Below are positions 43,342 to 51,932 of a stretch of 64,000 nucleotides of DNA, piece after piece; the stretch's first letter is position 1, and each line of letters opens with the position of its first letter. The notes beneath the pieces are model-generated. The model searched no databases, had not been told where the DNA came from, and worked only from the letters and a program-made list of their open reading frames with translations. The DNA lies in assembly GCA_038207945.1 (NCBI GenBank), contig JBBQZG010000002.1:5888-69887 (forward strand), given 5' to 3'. Source of the DNA: Burkholderiales bacterium. Lineage in GTDB: Bacteria; Pseudomonadota; Gammaproteobacteria; Burkholderiales; Burkholderiaceae_C. Made by a program: the position numbers and the translations under genes.

Positions 43342-44202
43342 TCACTGTGCCTTGGCGACCACCGCTTGGGTGACTGGCTCAACGGCTGCCGTAGGCACTG
43401 CTGGGGTTGCAGCGGCTTTTTTGCTGGCCAACCATTTGGTGAATTCTTCCTGACTCACCACGTTAACCACCACTGGCATGAAACCGTGCTCCTTGCCGCA
43501 CAATTCAGAGCACTGGCCGCGGTAAGTGCCCGTTTTTTCAACTGTGGCCCAAAACTCGCGCAGGAAGCCCGGCACCGCGTCACGTTTAACACCAAAAGCC
43601 GGCACCCACCAGCTATGGATCACGTCGTTCGACGTGGTAATGAAACGAATCTTTTTCCCCACCGGCAGCACCAGCGGGTTGTCCACTTCCAGCAGGTAGT
43701 GCTCACCTTTGGCGGCGCCAGCATCGATCTGGTCACGTGGTGTGCTCAGCCGGCTGGTGAAGCTGACACCTTCAGCTGGAAAGTCGTATTGCCACAGCCA
43801 CTGGCTGCCCGTGACCTTGACCACCAGTTCTGCATCGGTCTTGGTGTCTTCATACATCACAACGGCATGGTAGGCCGGGATGCCAAACACCACGTAATCA
43901 ATGAATGCCAGCACAAAAAAAGGTGATAGCACCCACAGCCACTGCTTGCGATTGCCTGGCCCGCTGTAAGCGGCGGCCTTGTACCCGGCACCCTTGCGGT
44001 GCGTACGAAACGAGTAGATCAATGCGCCAAGCACCAGGAAGAACATGATCAAAATCACGACCATCACCAGGTTGTGCATGTGCAGCGTCTCCCGTGCAAT
44101 CGGCGTCACGGGCTCAGGAAAATTAAATGCATAACCAGCCAACGCTGCAGCCGAGCCTAACACCAGCCAAATGCCCAAGCCAAACTTGTACATGCTACGC
44201 AT
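43342..44202 (-). CDS. coxB: Cytochrome c oxidase subunit II (CuA), no fused cytochrome c
   Basis: GSQWLW, DVIHSWWVP, CSELCGKEHGFM. Confidence 0.95.
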   Translation of the reverse strand: MRSMYKFGLGIWLVLGSAAALAGYAFNFPEPVTPIARETLHMHNLVMVVILIMFFLVLGALIYSFRTHRKGAGYKAAAYSGPGNRKQWLWVLSPFFVLAFIDYVVFGIPAYHAVVMYEDTKTDAELVVKVTGSQWLWQYDFPAEGVSFTSRLSTPRDQIDAGAAKGEHYLLEVDNPLVLPVGKKIRFITTSNDVIHSWWVPAFGVKRDAVPGFLREFWATVEKTGTYRGQCSELCGKEHGFMPVVVNVVSQEEFTKWLASKKAAATPAVPTAAVEPVTQAVVAKAQ

Positions 44203-44252
44203 AAATCGCTGTCCTTCTGATGGGGGAAAGTGGTCAACGATTGACTCACTGT

Positions 44253-44266
44253 TTGATATTTATCAA
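44253..44266. promoter_or_regulatory. FNR-family binding site upstream of coxB
   Basis: Perfect TTGAT-ATTT-ATCAA, 3 nt downstream of a minus-strand TAGAAT (44275-44270). Confidence 0.8.
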
Positions 44267-44357
44267 CCAATTCTAATGGATCATCGTCCACGAATCGGCT
44301 AAAAACTACACGGGAAAACCCCATGCTCCCCTCTGAACCACACAGGCGAATCAGGCG

Positions 44358-44585
44358 TCATGGGGTCCAAAAAATGCGCGCGGTGGGCCACACCAGCAGC
44401 AGCACAATCACCACCGGCGCGATCGTCCAGGCGATTTCAACCGCAAGCGAGCTGTGAAAATTGACGCGCTCTGGCGTCTCACCCCGGTGGTGCCGCCAGG
44501 CAGCCCAAAGCAAGGCGGCAAACGAGACCATAAAAATCAGCAGGCAGGCCACCATCAGCGCCCAGCGAAAACCAAACTCAGTCAT
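44358..44585 (-). CDS. Stand-alone cytochrome c oxidase subunit II transmembrane-domain protein (75 aa)
   Basis: Two TMs with FHSSLAVEIAWTIAP; GGGAGG RBS; start overlaps the end of the upstream gene. Confidence 0.78.
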   Translation of the reverse strand: MTEFGFRWALMVACLLIFMVSFAALLWAAWRHHRGETPERVNFHSSLAVEIAWTIAPVVIVLLLVWPTARIFWTP

Positions 44586-45489
44586 CCTTGCCTCCCTTGG
44601 GTGCAGATGTTGCACCCATCGCTTTGCTGCGAACCAGCGCAGCACGCATCTCAGCCAAAGAGATTTCACTCTGGGCACGGACCGTCAAGCGTGGCGCAGG
44701 CTTGAACGCATGGCCGTAGACCACCTCAAAGGTCAGCTGCAAAGGCTGTTTGGCCACAGCCGCCAGCAACTCTGCGTGCCAGCGTCGCCCGCGTAATGCA
44801 GGGAAGCGCTCCACGTGCAAATTGCGCCCCAGGCCACGCAACTCTTGCAGCAGCCGCTCCGGACTGTCAAACGTGAGTGTGATGCGCTCCATGTCCATCA
44901 CGGGCTCGGCAAAGCCGGCGCCCACCAGCATGTCACCCCAGTCGTGCATGTCGGTGAATTCATGGCTGGGAGTGGGCCAACCCAGAGAGCGGTAAAGCGC
45001 GCGCAACTCTTGCAGCGTGTCCGGCCCCAGGCAGGAAAACATCAAGAATCCATCCACCTGCAGCGCGCGCTGCCACTGTGCCATCAGCGTTTGCGGGTCA
45101 GCCGCCATGTGCAGACTCATGTTGGCCCAAAGCATCTGTGCTGGCTGCGTCACCTGGGTGCTGACCTGCGCCCGTTGCTGCAGCCAACGCTGGGTTGTCC
45201 ACCAAGGTTGCGCCAGAATGCGTTTGACATGTTGCGCCCGCGCCGGCGTGGTCTCCAGCACGGTGCAAGTGGCCTTCGGGTAACGTTCGGCCAGCAAGCC
45301 ATGCGCCTGCAAGCCGCCGTTGAGTGGCGCCCAATGCAGCCAACTGTCGGGTTGTTGCTTGATCCAATCCAGGCGCTCTTGCATCCGCTTCGCCACTTCT
45401 TCATGCAGCCAGGGCGACGCGCTCGTGGGCATCTCGAACCAGCGGCGGGCCGCCTGGGGGTCAATGGTGGGTGGGTGAAGATTGGCCAT
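44578..45489 (-). CDS. BioC-like SAM-dependent methyltransferase
   Basis: LHEEVAKRMQERL, FSCLGPDTL, DMHDWGDML, TFEVVYGHA; divergent from comF. Confidence 0.85.
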   Translation of the reverse strand: MANLHPPTIDPQAARRWFEMPTSASPWLHEEVAKRMQERLDWIKQQPDSWLHWAPLNGGLQAHGLLAERYPKATCTVLETTPARAQHVKRILAQPWWTTQRWLQQRAQVSTQVTQPAQMLWANMSLHMAADPQTLMAQWQRALQVDGFLMFSCLGPDTLQELRALYRSLGWPTPSHEFTDMHDWGDMLVGAGFAEPVMDMERITLTFDSPERLLQELRGLGRNLHVERFPALRGRRWHAELLAAVAKQPLQLTFEVVYGHAFKPAPRLTVRAQSEISLAEMRAALVRSKAMGATSAPKGGKDD

Positions 45490-45523
45490 GGCAGGATTTG
45501 TTTTGCCGCGAGTATATTGAGTC

Positions 45524-46219
45524 ATGTTTGTCAACTTGTTCTCAGGGCTGATTGCCGCGCTGCCCAGCCAGTGCCGGGTGTGCCACCGCTGGCCCACACA
45601 AGCCGTGTGTGAAGACTGCGTGGGGCAATTCGCCCAGCCGCAGCAACGTTGCAAAACGTGTGCCCTGCCCTTGCCACACGGTATGCCGCAATGTGGCGCC
45701 TGCCTGAAAAACCCACCCCCGCTGGACCTTTGTCTGGCCGCCGCCGCTTATGCCTACCCATGGTCGGATCTGATTGCCGACTTCAAATTTCATGACCAGT
45801 GTGGCCTGGTGCGCAGTTTTGCCACCCTGATGCAGGCCACACCCTGGGTCGAACCCACGCTGGACGCCGCTGATGTCGTGCTGCCCATGCCGCTCTCCCC
45901 GCAACGGCTGGCAGAACGCGGCTACAACCAAGCGCTGCTGCTGGCACGCGCGATGAACGCCAGCAAGACGCGCGCCGATGTGCTGTTGCGCATTCAGAAT
46001 ACACCCGCACAACACACGCTCAAGCGCCAACAACGTCTGAGCGCGCTGGACCAGGCCTTTGCAGTTGATCCCTTGCTGGCCCACCTTGTCAAAAGTGCCC
46101 GCGTGGTGCTGGTGGATGACGTGATGACCACCGGCGCCTCGCTTTATGCGGCGGCACGGGTGCTGCGCGCTGCGGGGGCCAGCCACATCTCAGGCTTGGT
46201 CTTTGCGCGGACTGAATGA
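45524..46219 (+). CDS. comF: ComF family phosphoribosyltransferase-like protein
   Basis: Cys-rich N-terminus, RGYNQA, LVDDVMTTGAS. Confidence 0.9.
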   Translation: MFVNLFSGLIAALPSQCRVCHRWPTQAVCEDCVGQFAQPQQRCKTCALPLPHGMPQCGACLKNPPPLDLCLAAAAYAYPWSDLIADFKFHDQCGLVRSFATLMQATPWVEPTLDAADVVLPMPLSPQRLAERGYNQALLLARAMNASKTRADVLLRIQNTPAQHTLKRQQRLSALDQAFAVDPLLAHLVKSARVVLVDDVMTTGASLYAAARVLRAAGASHISGLVFARTE

Positions 46220-46242
46220 GTGTGGTGGGCGACAATTGAGCC

Positions 46243-46725
46243 ATGTTTCATATTGTTCTGGTTGCGCCCGAAATCCCCCCCAACACCGGCAACGTCATCC
46301 GTCTGGCGGCCAACACTGGTTGCACCTTGCACCTGGTGGAACCACTGGGTTTTTCCATGGAAGACAAGCACATGCGCCGTGCCGGGCTGGACTACCACGA
46401 GTACGCCACCGTCACGCGCCACGCCGACTGGCAGGCGTTTCTGGATGCTGAGCAGCCCGCGCCAGCGCACCTGTTTGCCATGACCACCCGCGGCAGCCAA
46501 AGTGTGTTTGATGCACACTTTACAGTGGGCGACTACCTGGTGTTTGGCTCGGAAACCAAGGGGCTGAGTGAGGCCGTGCGCCAGTCTTTTGTGCCGGGGC
46601 AAGCCATCAAACTGCCGATGCTGGCTGGCCAGCGCAGCTTGAATCTGTCGAACGCCGTGGCGGTGACGGTGTTTGAAGCCTGGCGGCAAAACGGCTTTGC
46701 CACACCTCTCTCAAAAAATTTATAA
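46243..46725 (+). CDS. trmL: tRNA (cytidine/uridine-34-2'-O)-methyltransferase
   Basis: PEIPPNTGNVIRL, RRAGLDYH, FGSETKGL, RSLNLSN. Confidence 0.95.
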   Translation: MFHIVLVAPEIPPNTGNVIRLAANTGCTLHLVEPLGFSMEDKHMRRAGLDYHEYATVTRHADWQAFLDAEQPAPAHLFAMTTRGSQSVFDAHFTVGDYLVFGSETKGLSEAVRQSFVPGQAIKLPMLAGQRSLNLSNAVAVTVFEAWRQNGFATPLSKNL

Positions 46726-46781
46726 GAAATTAGCCTATAGCCCATATTTATAAAGCGCTAGTAGCTATATAAATAATAGCA
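46716..46781 (+). repeat. ~65-bp AT-rich repeat, overlapping the trmL stop
   Basis: AAATTTATAAGAAATTAGCCTATAGCCCATATTTATAAAGCGCTAGTAGCTATATAAATAATAGCA. Confidence 0.82.
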
Positions 46782-46782
46782 C

Positions 46783-47550
46783 TTACCATACCGCGTCCGA
46801 CAGCAGTTTGACCCCGGTCAGGAACATACCGGCGTACAAAAAACGGTAAAACAGCAGCTGGCTGATGCGCCGCGCCAACCGCACACCGACCCACACACCA
46901 ACCGGCGCAATCGGCAACAGCACCATGGACGTTGCAAAGTTGCGCCAGTCCAGCAGACCCAGCCAGGCATAGGGCAGCCACTTGGCCAGATTGATGACAA
47001 AAAAGAAAAACGCCATGGTGGCGGTGAAGCGGATCGGAGACAGCCGCAGCGGGATCATGTAAGCGTTGACTGGCGGGCCGCCAGCATGGGCGATGAAGCT
47101 GGTAAAGCCCGAGGTGGCCGTCAGAATCGCGCCCAGCCAACGCGGCGGTGGCGGGCTGTCCGCCTTGGGCGGAAACAGCAGGCGCTGCGCCAGAAACAGC
47201 AAGGTAAAGCCTCCCACAATGCCGGCCACCGTGTGGGCGTTGAGCAGCTTGAACAACAGCGCGCCAACCACAATACCCACCAGACCCCACGGAATCAGGA
47301 ATTTGAGCAGCTTCAGGTCAAAGTCTTTGCGAAACGCCGCCATGCCCAGTACATCCATCAGCAGCAGCACCGGCATCAAAATAGCCGCCGCCTGCGGCAC
47401 ACTCACCGCCAGCGCCATCATCGGCACCGCCAGTGACCCAAAACCGGCGCCAAAACCGCTTTTGCTCACCCCCAGCAGCAGCACAGCAGGCACAGTGGCT
47501 AGGTAAAAGTAAGGGTCGGTGATGAAGGGATAAGTTTCGGGCAAGGCCAT
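46783..47550 (-). CDS. TauE/SafE (sulfite exporter) family membrane protein
   Basis: GVSKSGFGAG, HAGGPP, multiple TMs. Confidence 0.88.
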   Translation of the reverse strand: MALPETYPFITDPYFYLATVPAVLLLGVSKSGFGAGFGSLAVPMMALAVSVPQAAAILMPVLLLMDVLGMAAFRKDFDLKLLKFLIPWGLVGIVVGALLFKLLNAHTVAGIVGGFTLLFLAQRLLFPPKADSPPPPRWLGAILTATSGFTSFIAHAGGPPVNAYMIPLRLSPIRFTATMAFFFFVINLAKWLPYAWLGLLDWRNFATSMVLLPIAPVGVWVGVRLARRISQLLFYRFLYAGMFLTGVKLLSDAVW

Positions 47551-47568
47551 AGCGCGACAATTTGAAAA

Positions 47569-48237
47569 ATGAACACTGCCCACAGTGACAGCCTCCAACG
47601 TTGGGGAGAAAGCCTGCGTTTTGCCATCGAATTGGCGGGCACAGCAGCGTTTGCATTGTCGGGGGTTTTGGTGGGAGCGCAAAAGCTCCTGGATGCTGTA
47701 GGGGTCTGCGTGGTGGGCTTTCTGGCGGCCTTTGGCGGCGGCACGCTGCGCGACTTGTTGCTTGATCAGCGGCCCTTTTTCTGGGTTCGCCACGTGGACA
47801 TGTTGTGAGGCGTGCTTGCCCTGTGTTTGCTGGCCATGTTGTTCCTGCGCAGTCAGCACTTTGACCTGACCCGCAAAGCCATTGAGTGGCCTGATGCGCT
47901 GGGCCTGGGGCTGTTTACTGCGACCGGCGTGCACCAGGCGCTGCTGAGCCAGATGCCCGTGCTGGTGGCGGTGCTGGTGGCGGTGCTGATGGGTGTGATC
48001 ACTGGCGTGTTTGGCGGCGTGCTGCGCGACATTGTGTGCAATGAGATTCCAACCGCGTTCAGCGACCACCGACCCTATGCGGTATGTGCATTTGCCGGTG
48101 GCTTTGCGTATGTGGGCCTATGGCAACTGGATGCGCCAGGCTGGCTGTTGTTGATATCGTGCATCGTCATCACCGCAGGTTTGCGCGGCATGGCCGTCTG
48201 GCGCAACTGGAATTTGCCCGCCTGGCGGGTCGACTAG
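47569..48237 (+). pseudogene. Trimeric intracellular cation channel (UPF0126) family gene with in-frame TGA
   Basis: GTAAFALSG, FGGGTLRD, DALGLGLF, FGGVLRD; TGA at 47806-47808 splits a single reading frame. Confidence 0.8.
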
Positions 48238-48265
48238 GCCTTAGCACGCGACAATTCGCCCCACC

Positions 48266-48700
48266 ATGTTCAACCCCACACAAGCCGATGTACGCCGATT
48301 CTTCTGCGCTGTTCACGCCAAAGCCCGTGCAGGGCAATCGATGGAAGCGATAGAAACCATCGCAAGTCTATGGATTGACGAACACCCCGAATACCACGCC
48401 GAACTGGCAGATATGGATGCCGCCCTGGCCGCCATGGGCCAAGTCGAAGAAGGCAAGACCAACGGTTTTCTGCATTTGTCCATGCACTTGTCCATCAGCG
48501 AGCAGTGCAGCATTGACCAGCCGCGCGGCATTCGCCAAGCCGTGGAATTGCTCACCCACCGCCGCGATTCATTGCATGAAGCGCACCACGCGGCCATGGA
48601 CTGCCTGGGGCAAATGATCTGGGACAGCCAGCGTGCCGGGCGTCCGCCTGACGGTGAAGCCTATGTGGCCTGCGTGCAGCGCCACGCCACACGAGACTGA
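48266..48700 (+). CDS. DUF1841 family protein
   Basis: DVRRFF, EHPEYH, FLHLSMHLSISEQ, IDQP. Confidence 0.85.
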   Translation: MFNPTQADVRRFFCAVHAKARAGQSMEAIETIASLWIDEHPEYHAELADMDAALAAMGQVEEGKTNGFLHLSMHLSISEQCSIDQPRGIRQAVELLTHRRDSLHEAHHAAMDCLGQMIWDSQRAGRPPDGEAYVACVQRHATRD

Positions 48701-48706
48701 ACGTAT

Positions 48707-49366
48707 TTATTTCAGGCGGTCGCGCTGAATTGTTTGCATTTCACTGGGCAAACCACCCACGTAATCGGCAAGCACCTTCAATTCCGAATTGGAGAACTGC
48801 TTGGCGATGCCGCCCATGATGGCGTTGCTGCGACCAATCATGGGTTTGTCGTTGATTTTGTAGGACCGCAGGGCCACAAACAAATAGTCGCTGTGCTGGC
48901 CGGCAATCTTGGGGTAGGCGGGGTCAATCGGCTTGCTCAAATTTGCCCCATGGCATGAGGCACACCCCCCCTTGATGACAAGCTCTGCCGCTTTTGCCGA
49001 ACCTTCGGCAGCCGCCGCAGGCAATGTGGCACCGGTGCCGCTACCTGAATAGAAGGCAGCCAGGTCAGCAATGTCCTGCTCGCTCAAACTGGAGGCCAGC
49101 GTGCGCATGGAAGGGTGCTTGCGTTCGCCGGTTTTGTAGGCATGCAGTGCCGCCCGAATGTACCCGTCGCCCTGACCGTAAATTTTGGGTACCTGATGCA
49201 CCTCAGGAAAGCTGATGTGGTAGCCTTTGATGCCGTGACAGCCGACACACAGCGCATTTTTTTGAGACCCTGCCGCGGCATCGCCCTTGATACCTTGCGC
49301 GTAGGCGGCCGCGGTGGTCGCACAAGCGACAAGCAGAGACGACACGGTTAACAGAATTTTTTTCAT
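48707..49366 (-). CDS. Dihaem cytochrome c4
   Basis: Signal peptide, CVGCH and CASCH, PKIAGQ. Confidence 0.92.
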   Translation of the reverse strand: MKKILLTVSSLLVACATTAAAYAQGIKGDAAAGSQKNALCVGCHGIKGYHISFPEVHQVPKIYGQGDGYIRAALHAYKTGERKHPSMRTLASSLSEQDIADLAAFYSGSGTGATLPAAAAEGSAKAAELVIKGGCASCHGANLSKPIDPAYPKIAGQHSDYLFVALRSYKINDKPMIGRSNAIMGGIAKQFSNSELKVLADYVGGLPSEMQTIQRDRLK

Positions 49367-49401
49367 TTTGCTAAGACAATCCGTAGAAGGGCTTGTTTGA
49401 A

Positions 49402-49415
49402 TTGATAAATATCAA
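49402..49415. promoter_or_regulatory. FNR-family binding site upstream of cytochrome c4
   Basis: Perfect TTGAT-AAAT-ATCAA, 3 nt downstream of a minus-strand TATAAT (49424-49419). Confidence 0.8.
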
Positions 49416-49534
49416 ACAATTATAGGGAGCCAGCCCGTGCTCACGCTATGGCGTAAACCCGATATTGATGTGAGTGACACCCCGATAAACGCCACTCTAT
49501 GGCATCCAGACCACCCTTCCCTGACGCACACACC

Positions 49535-50389
49535 ATGAAATTCCAAGGTACCCAAAACTACGTTGCCACCGCTGACCTGATGCTCTCGGTCAACGCCGCC
49601 ATCACCCTGCAGCGCCCGCTGCTGGTCAAGGGTGAGCCCGGCACCGGCAAGACCATGTTGGCCGAAGAAGTGGCCACGGCACTGAACCTGCCACTGCTGC
49701 AATGGCACATCAAAAGCACCACCAAGGCGCAACAAGGTTTGTACGAATACGACGCGGTGAGCCGCCTGCGCGATTCGCAACTCTCCAACCTGGACGGTGG
49801 TGAGCGCGTGCGCGACATCCACAACTACATCGTCAAAGGCGTGTTGTGGCAAGCATTTACGGCAGAGCAGCCGGTGGCGCTGCTGATTGACGAGATCGAC
49901 AAGGCCGACATTGAATTTCCCAACGACTTGCTGCGCGAAATCGACCGCATGGAGTTTTACTGCTACGAGACCCGAGAGCTGGTCCGCGCCAAACACCGAC
50001 CGCTGGTGTTCATCACCTCCAACAACGAAAAAGAGCTGCCCGATGCCTTTTTGCGCCGCTGCTTCTTTCACTACATCAAGTTTCCTGACGCCGCCACCAT
50101 GAAGCAGATTGTGGATGTGCACTTTCCCGGCCTGAAAGCTGAATTGCTCAGCGCCGCCATGAAGACCTTTTTTGACGTGCGCAACCTGCCAGGGCTGAAA
50201 AAGAAACCCTCCACCAGCGAATTTCTGGACTGGCTCAAACTGCTGATGGCGCAAGACATTCCCTTGTCAGCCTTGCAAACGCAAGACGACAAGGTAGCGG
50301 TGCCGCCGCTGGTGGGTGCGCTGCTGAAAAATGAGCAGGACGTGACGCTTTTTGAGAAGCTGGTGTTCATGCAAAGCCGCAACCGCTGA
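49535..50389 (+). CDS. MoxR-family AAA+ ATPase
   Basis: GEPGTGKT, LLIDEIDKAD, LPDAFLRRC. Confidence 0.93.
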   Translation: MKFQGTQNYVATADLMLSVNAAITLQRPLLVKGEPGTGKTMLAEEVATALNLPLLQWHIKSTTKAQQGLYEYDAVSRLRDSQLSNLDGGERVRDIHNYIVKGVLWQAFTAEQPVALLIDEIDKADIEFPNDLLREIDRMEFYCYETRELVRAKHRPLVFITSNNEKELPDAFLRRCFFHYIKFPDAATMKQIVDVHFPGLKAELLSAAMKTFFDVRNLPGLKKKPSTSEFLDWLKLLMAQDIPLSALQTQDDKVAVPPLVGALLKNEQDVTLFEKLVFMQSRNR

Positions 50390-50447
50390 GCTTTGGTGGA
50401 CTATTCTGGACGGACTGGCGTTCCTGGGCGCATTTTGGAGAAACTGA

Positions 50448-51041
50448 ATGGCTTTTGTTGAACCTGTCATCTTGACCGCGCGCGGCATCTGCCTGGTGCC
50501 CTTGTCCCTTGACCACGAAGCTGGCCTGCGCGCCGCTGCGGCTGATGGTGAGCTGTGGCGTATTCGCGTGACCTCGGTGCCTGAGCCGGAGAACTCCCGC
50601 AAGTACATTGACGACGCGTTGACCATGCGCGAGGCGGGCAACCGCTTTGCGTTTGCCGTCACTGAAACCGACACCGGCAACGTGCTGGGCTGCACTAGCT
50701 TTCACGACATCGTGCCTGCCGTCAAACGCGTCGAAATTGGTTGGACCTGGTATGCCAAAAGCGCTCAACGCAGTCACGTCAACACCACCTGCAAGCTGCT
50801 GATGCTGACCCATGCATTCGAGGCGCTGGGCTGCCACGTGGTGGGCTGGCGCACCGACAACTTCAACTTTGCGTCGCAAACTGCCATTGAGCGTCTGGGC
50901 GCGAAAAAAGACGGCGTGATTCGCGGCCATGCGCTGCGGCGCGACGGCACCATCCGCGACACCGTGATGTACAGCATGCGTAACGGCGAATGGCCGGAAG
51001 TCAAGGCGCAGTTGCTTTACCTGCTGAACAAACCCCGTTGA
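50448..51041 (+). CDS. GNAT (RimJ/RimL-type) acetyltransferase
   Basis: VEIGWTW, KLLMLTHAFE, SQTAIERLGA, RDTVMYS. Confidence 0.9.
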   Translation: MAFVEPVILTARGICLVPLSLDHEAGLRAAAADGELWRIRVTSVPEPENSRKYIDDALTMREAGNRFAFAVTETDTGNVLGCTSFHDIVPAVKRVEIGWTWYAKSAQRSHVNTTCKLLMLTHAFEALGCHVVGWRTDNFNFASQTAIERLGAKKDGVIRGHALRRDGTIRDTVMYSMRNGEWPEVKAQLLYLLNKPR

Positions 51042-51267
51042 CTGCCCCGAACGCGGCGAGCAGCGTGCGTTGGGTAGCTGATGTAGCGTGGACTTGGGGT
51101 TTTGCCAAATCAAGGAGGAGGCTTTGGGCCAGCCCAAAGCCGGGGGACACTCGCGTCGTCAGGTACACGACGTGCGCTGCGGGTTTAAATCCACTGCAAG
51201 GGCATGACAAAATCAGCCATTCATGTAAACCATATACAATTCGTATATTGCATTTTGGGAGCACACC

Positions 51268-51498
51268 ATGACCGTGACCACCGCCGCCGTTTTCATGTCG
51301 GGCAACAGCCAGGCCGTGCGTTTGCCCAAGGCGTTTCAGTTGCATTCCAAGCGCGTCACCATCGAGCGCCGGGGCGATGAAATCGTGTTGCGTGAAGCGC
51401 CTCAAACGATGAAAGAGTTTCTGGACAAGTTGCCCATCATCGAAGACTGGCCTGACATCGGTGACGAAGGCCCGGCGGAGCCTGTGGCAGCTTGGTGA
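51268..51498 (+). CDS. vapB: VapB antitoxin (AbrB-type)
   Basis: VFMSGNSQAVRLPKAF. Confidence 0.9.
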   Translation: MTVTTAAVFMSGNSQAVRLPKAFQLHSKRVTIERRGDEIVLREAPQTMKEFLDKLPIIEDWPDIGDEGPAEPVAAW

Positions 51499-51917
51499 CG
51501 GACATGACGAGCGCCACTGACCGTTATCTACTTGACACCAACATCTGGAGCGCGTTGATTCGTCGCTCCAACGCGGGACTGGTCAAACGCTTTGAAGCAC
51601 TGGAACGTAGCCGCCTTGCCCTGTCACCGATTGTTTTGGGTGAGCTGCAGGTGGGCTACTACAAAGGTGACCGCACGCCCAAGCGACTGGCGGTGATCGA
51701 GGCCATTCGTTCCAGCTCTGAGTTACTGAGCATCAACAGTCGCATTGCTGACACCTACGCGCAACTTCGCTCGCAGCTGGAACTGGCCGGTACCCCCATC
51801 GGGCCCAACGACACCTGGATCGCCGCCGAAGCCCTGCACCACAAACTGGTGCTGGTCACAGACAACACCAGCGAGTTCTCCCGCGTGCCCGGCCTCAAGG
51901 TCGAGAACTGGCTTTGA
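51495..51917 (+). CDS. vapC: VapC PIN-domain toxin
   Basis: YLLDTN, GEL, IGPNDTWIAA, LVTDN..EFSRV..LKVENW. Confidence 0.93.
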   Translation: MTDMTSATDRYLLDTNIWSALIRRSNAGLVKRFEALERSRLALSPIVLGELQVGYYKGDRTPKRLAVIEAIRSSSELLSINSRIADTYAQLRSQLELAGTPIGPNDTWIAAEALHHKLVLVTDNTSEFSRVPGLKVENWL

Positions 51918-51932
51918 ACCTGGACCCGTCCC

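Noticed and set aside
47806-47808. Selenocysteine readthrough of the TGA, given selD in the window
   Set aside because: Context suggests a Trp position in a membrane protein, not a Cys/redox site; no convincing SECIS seen.
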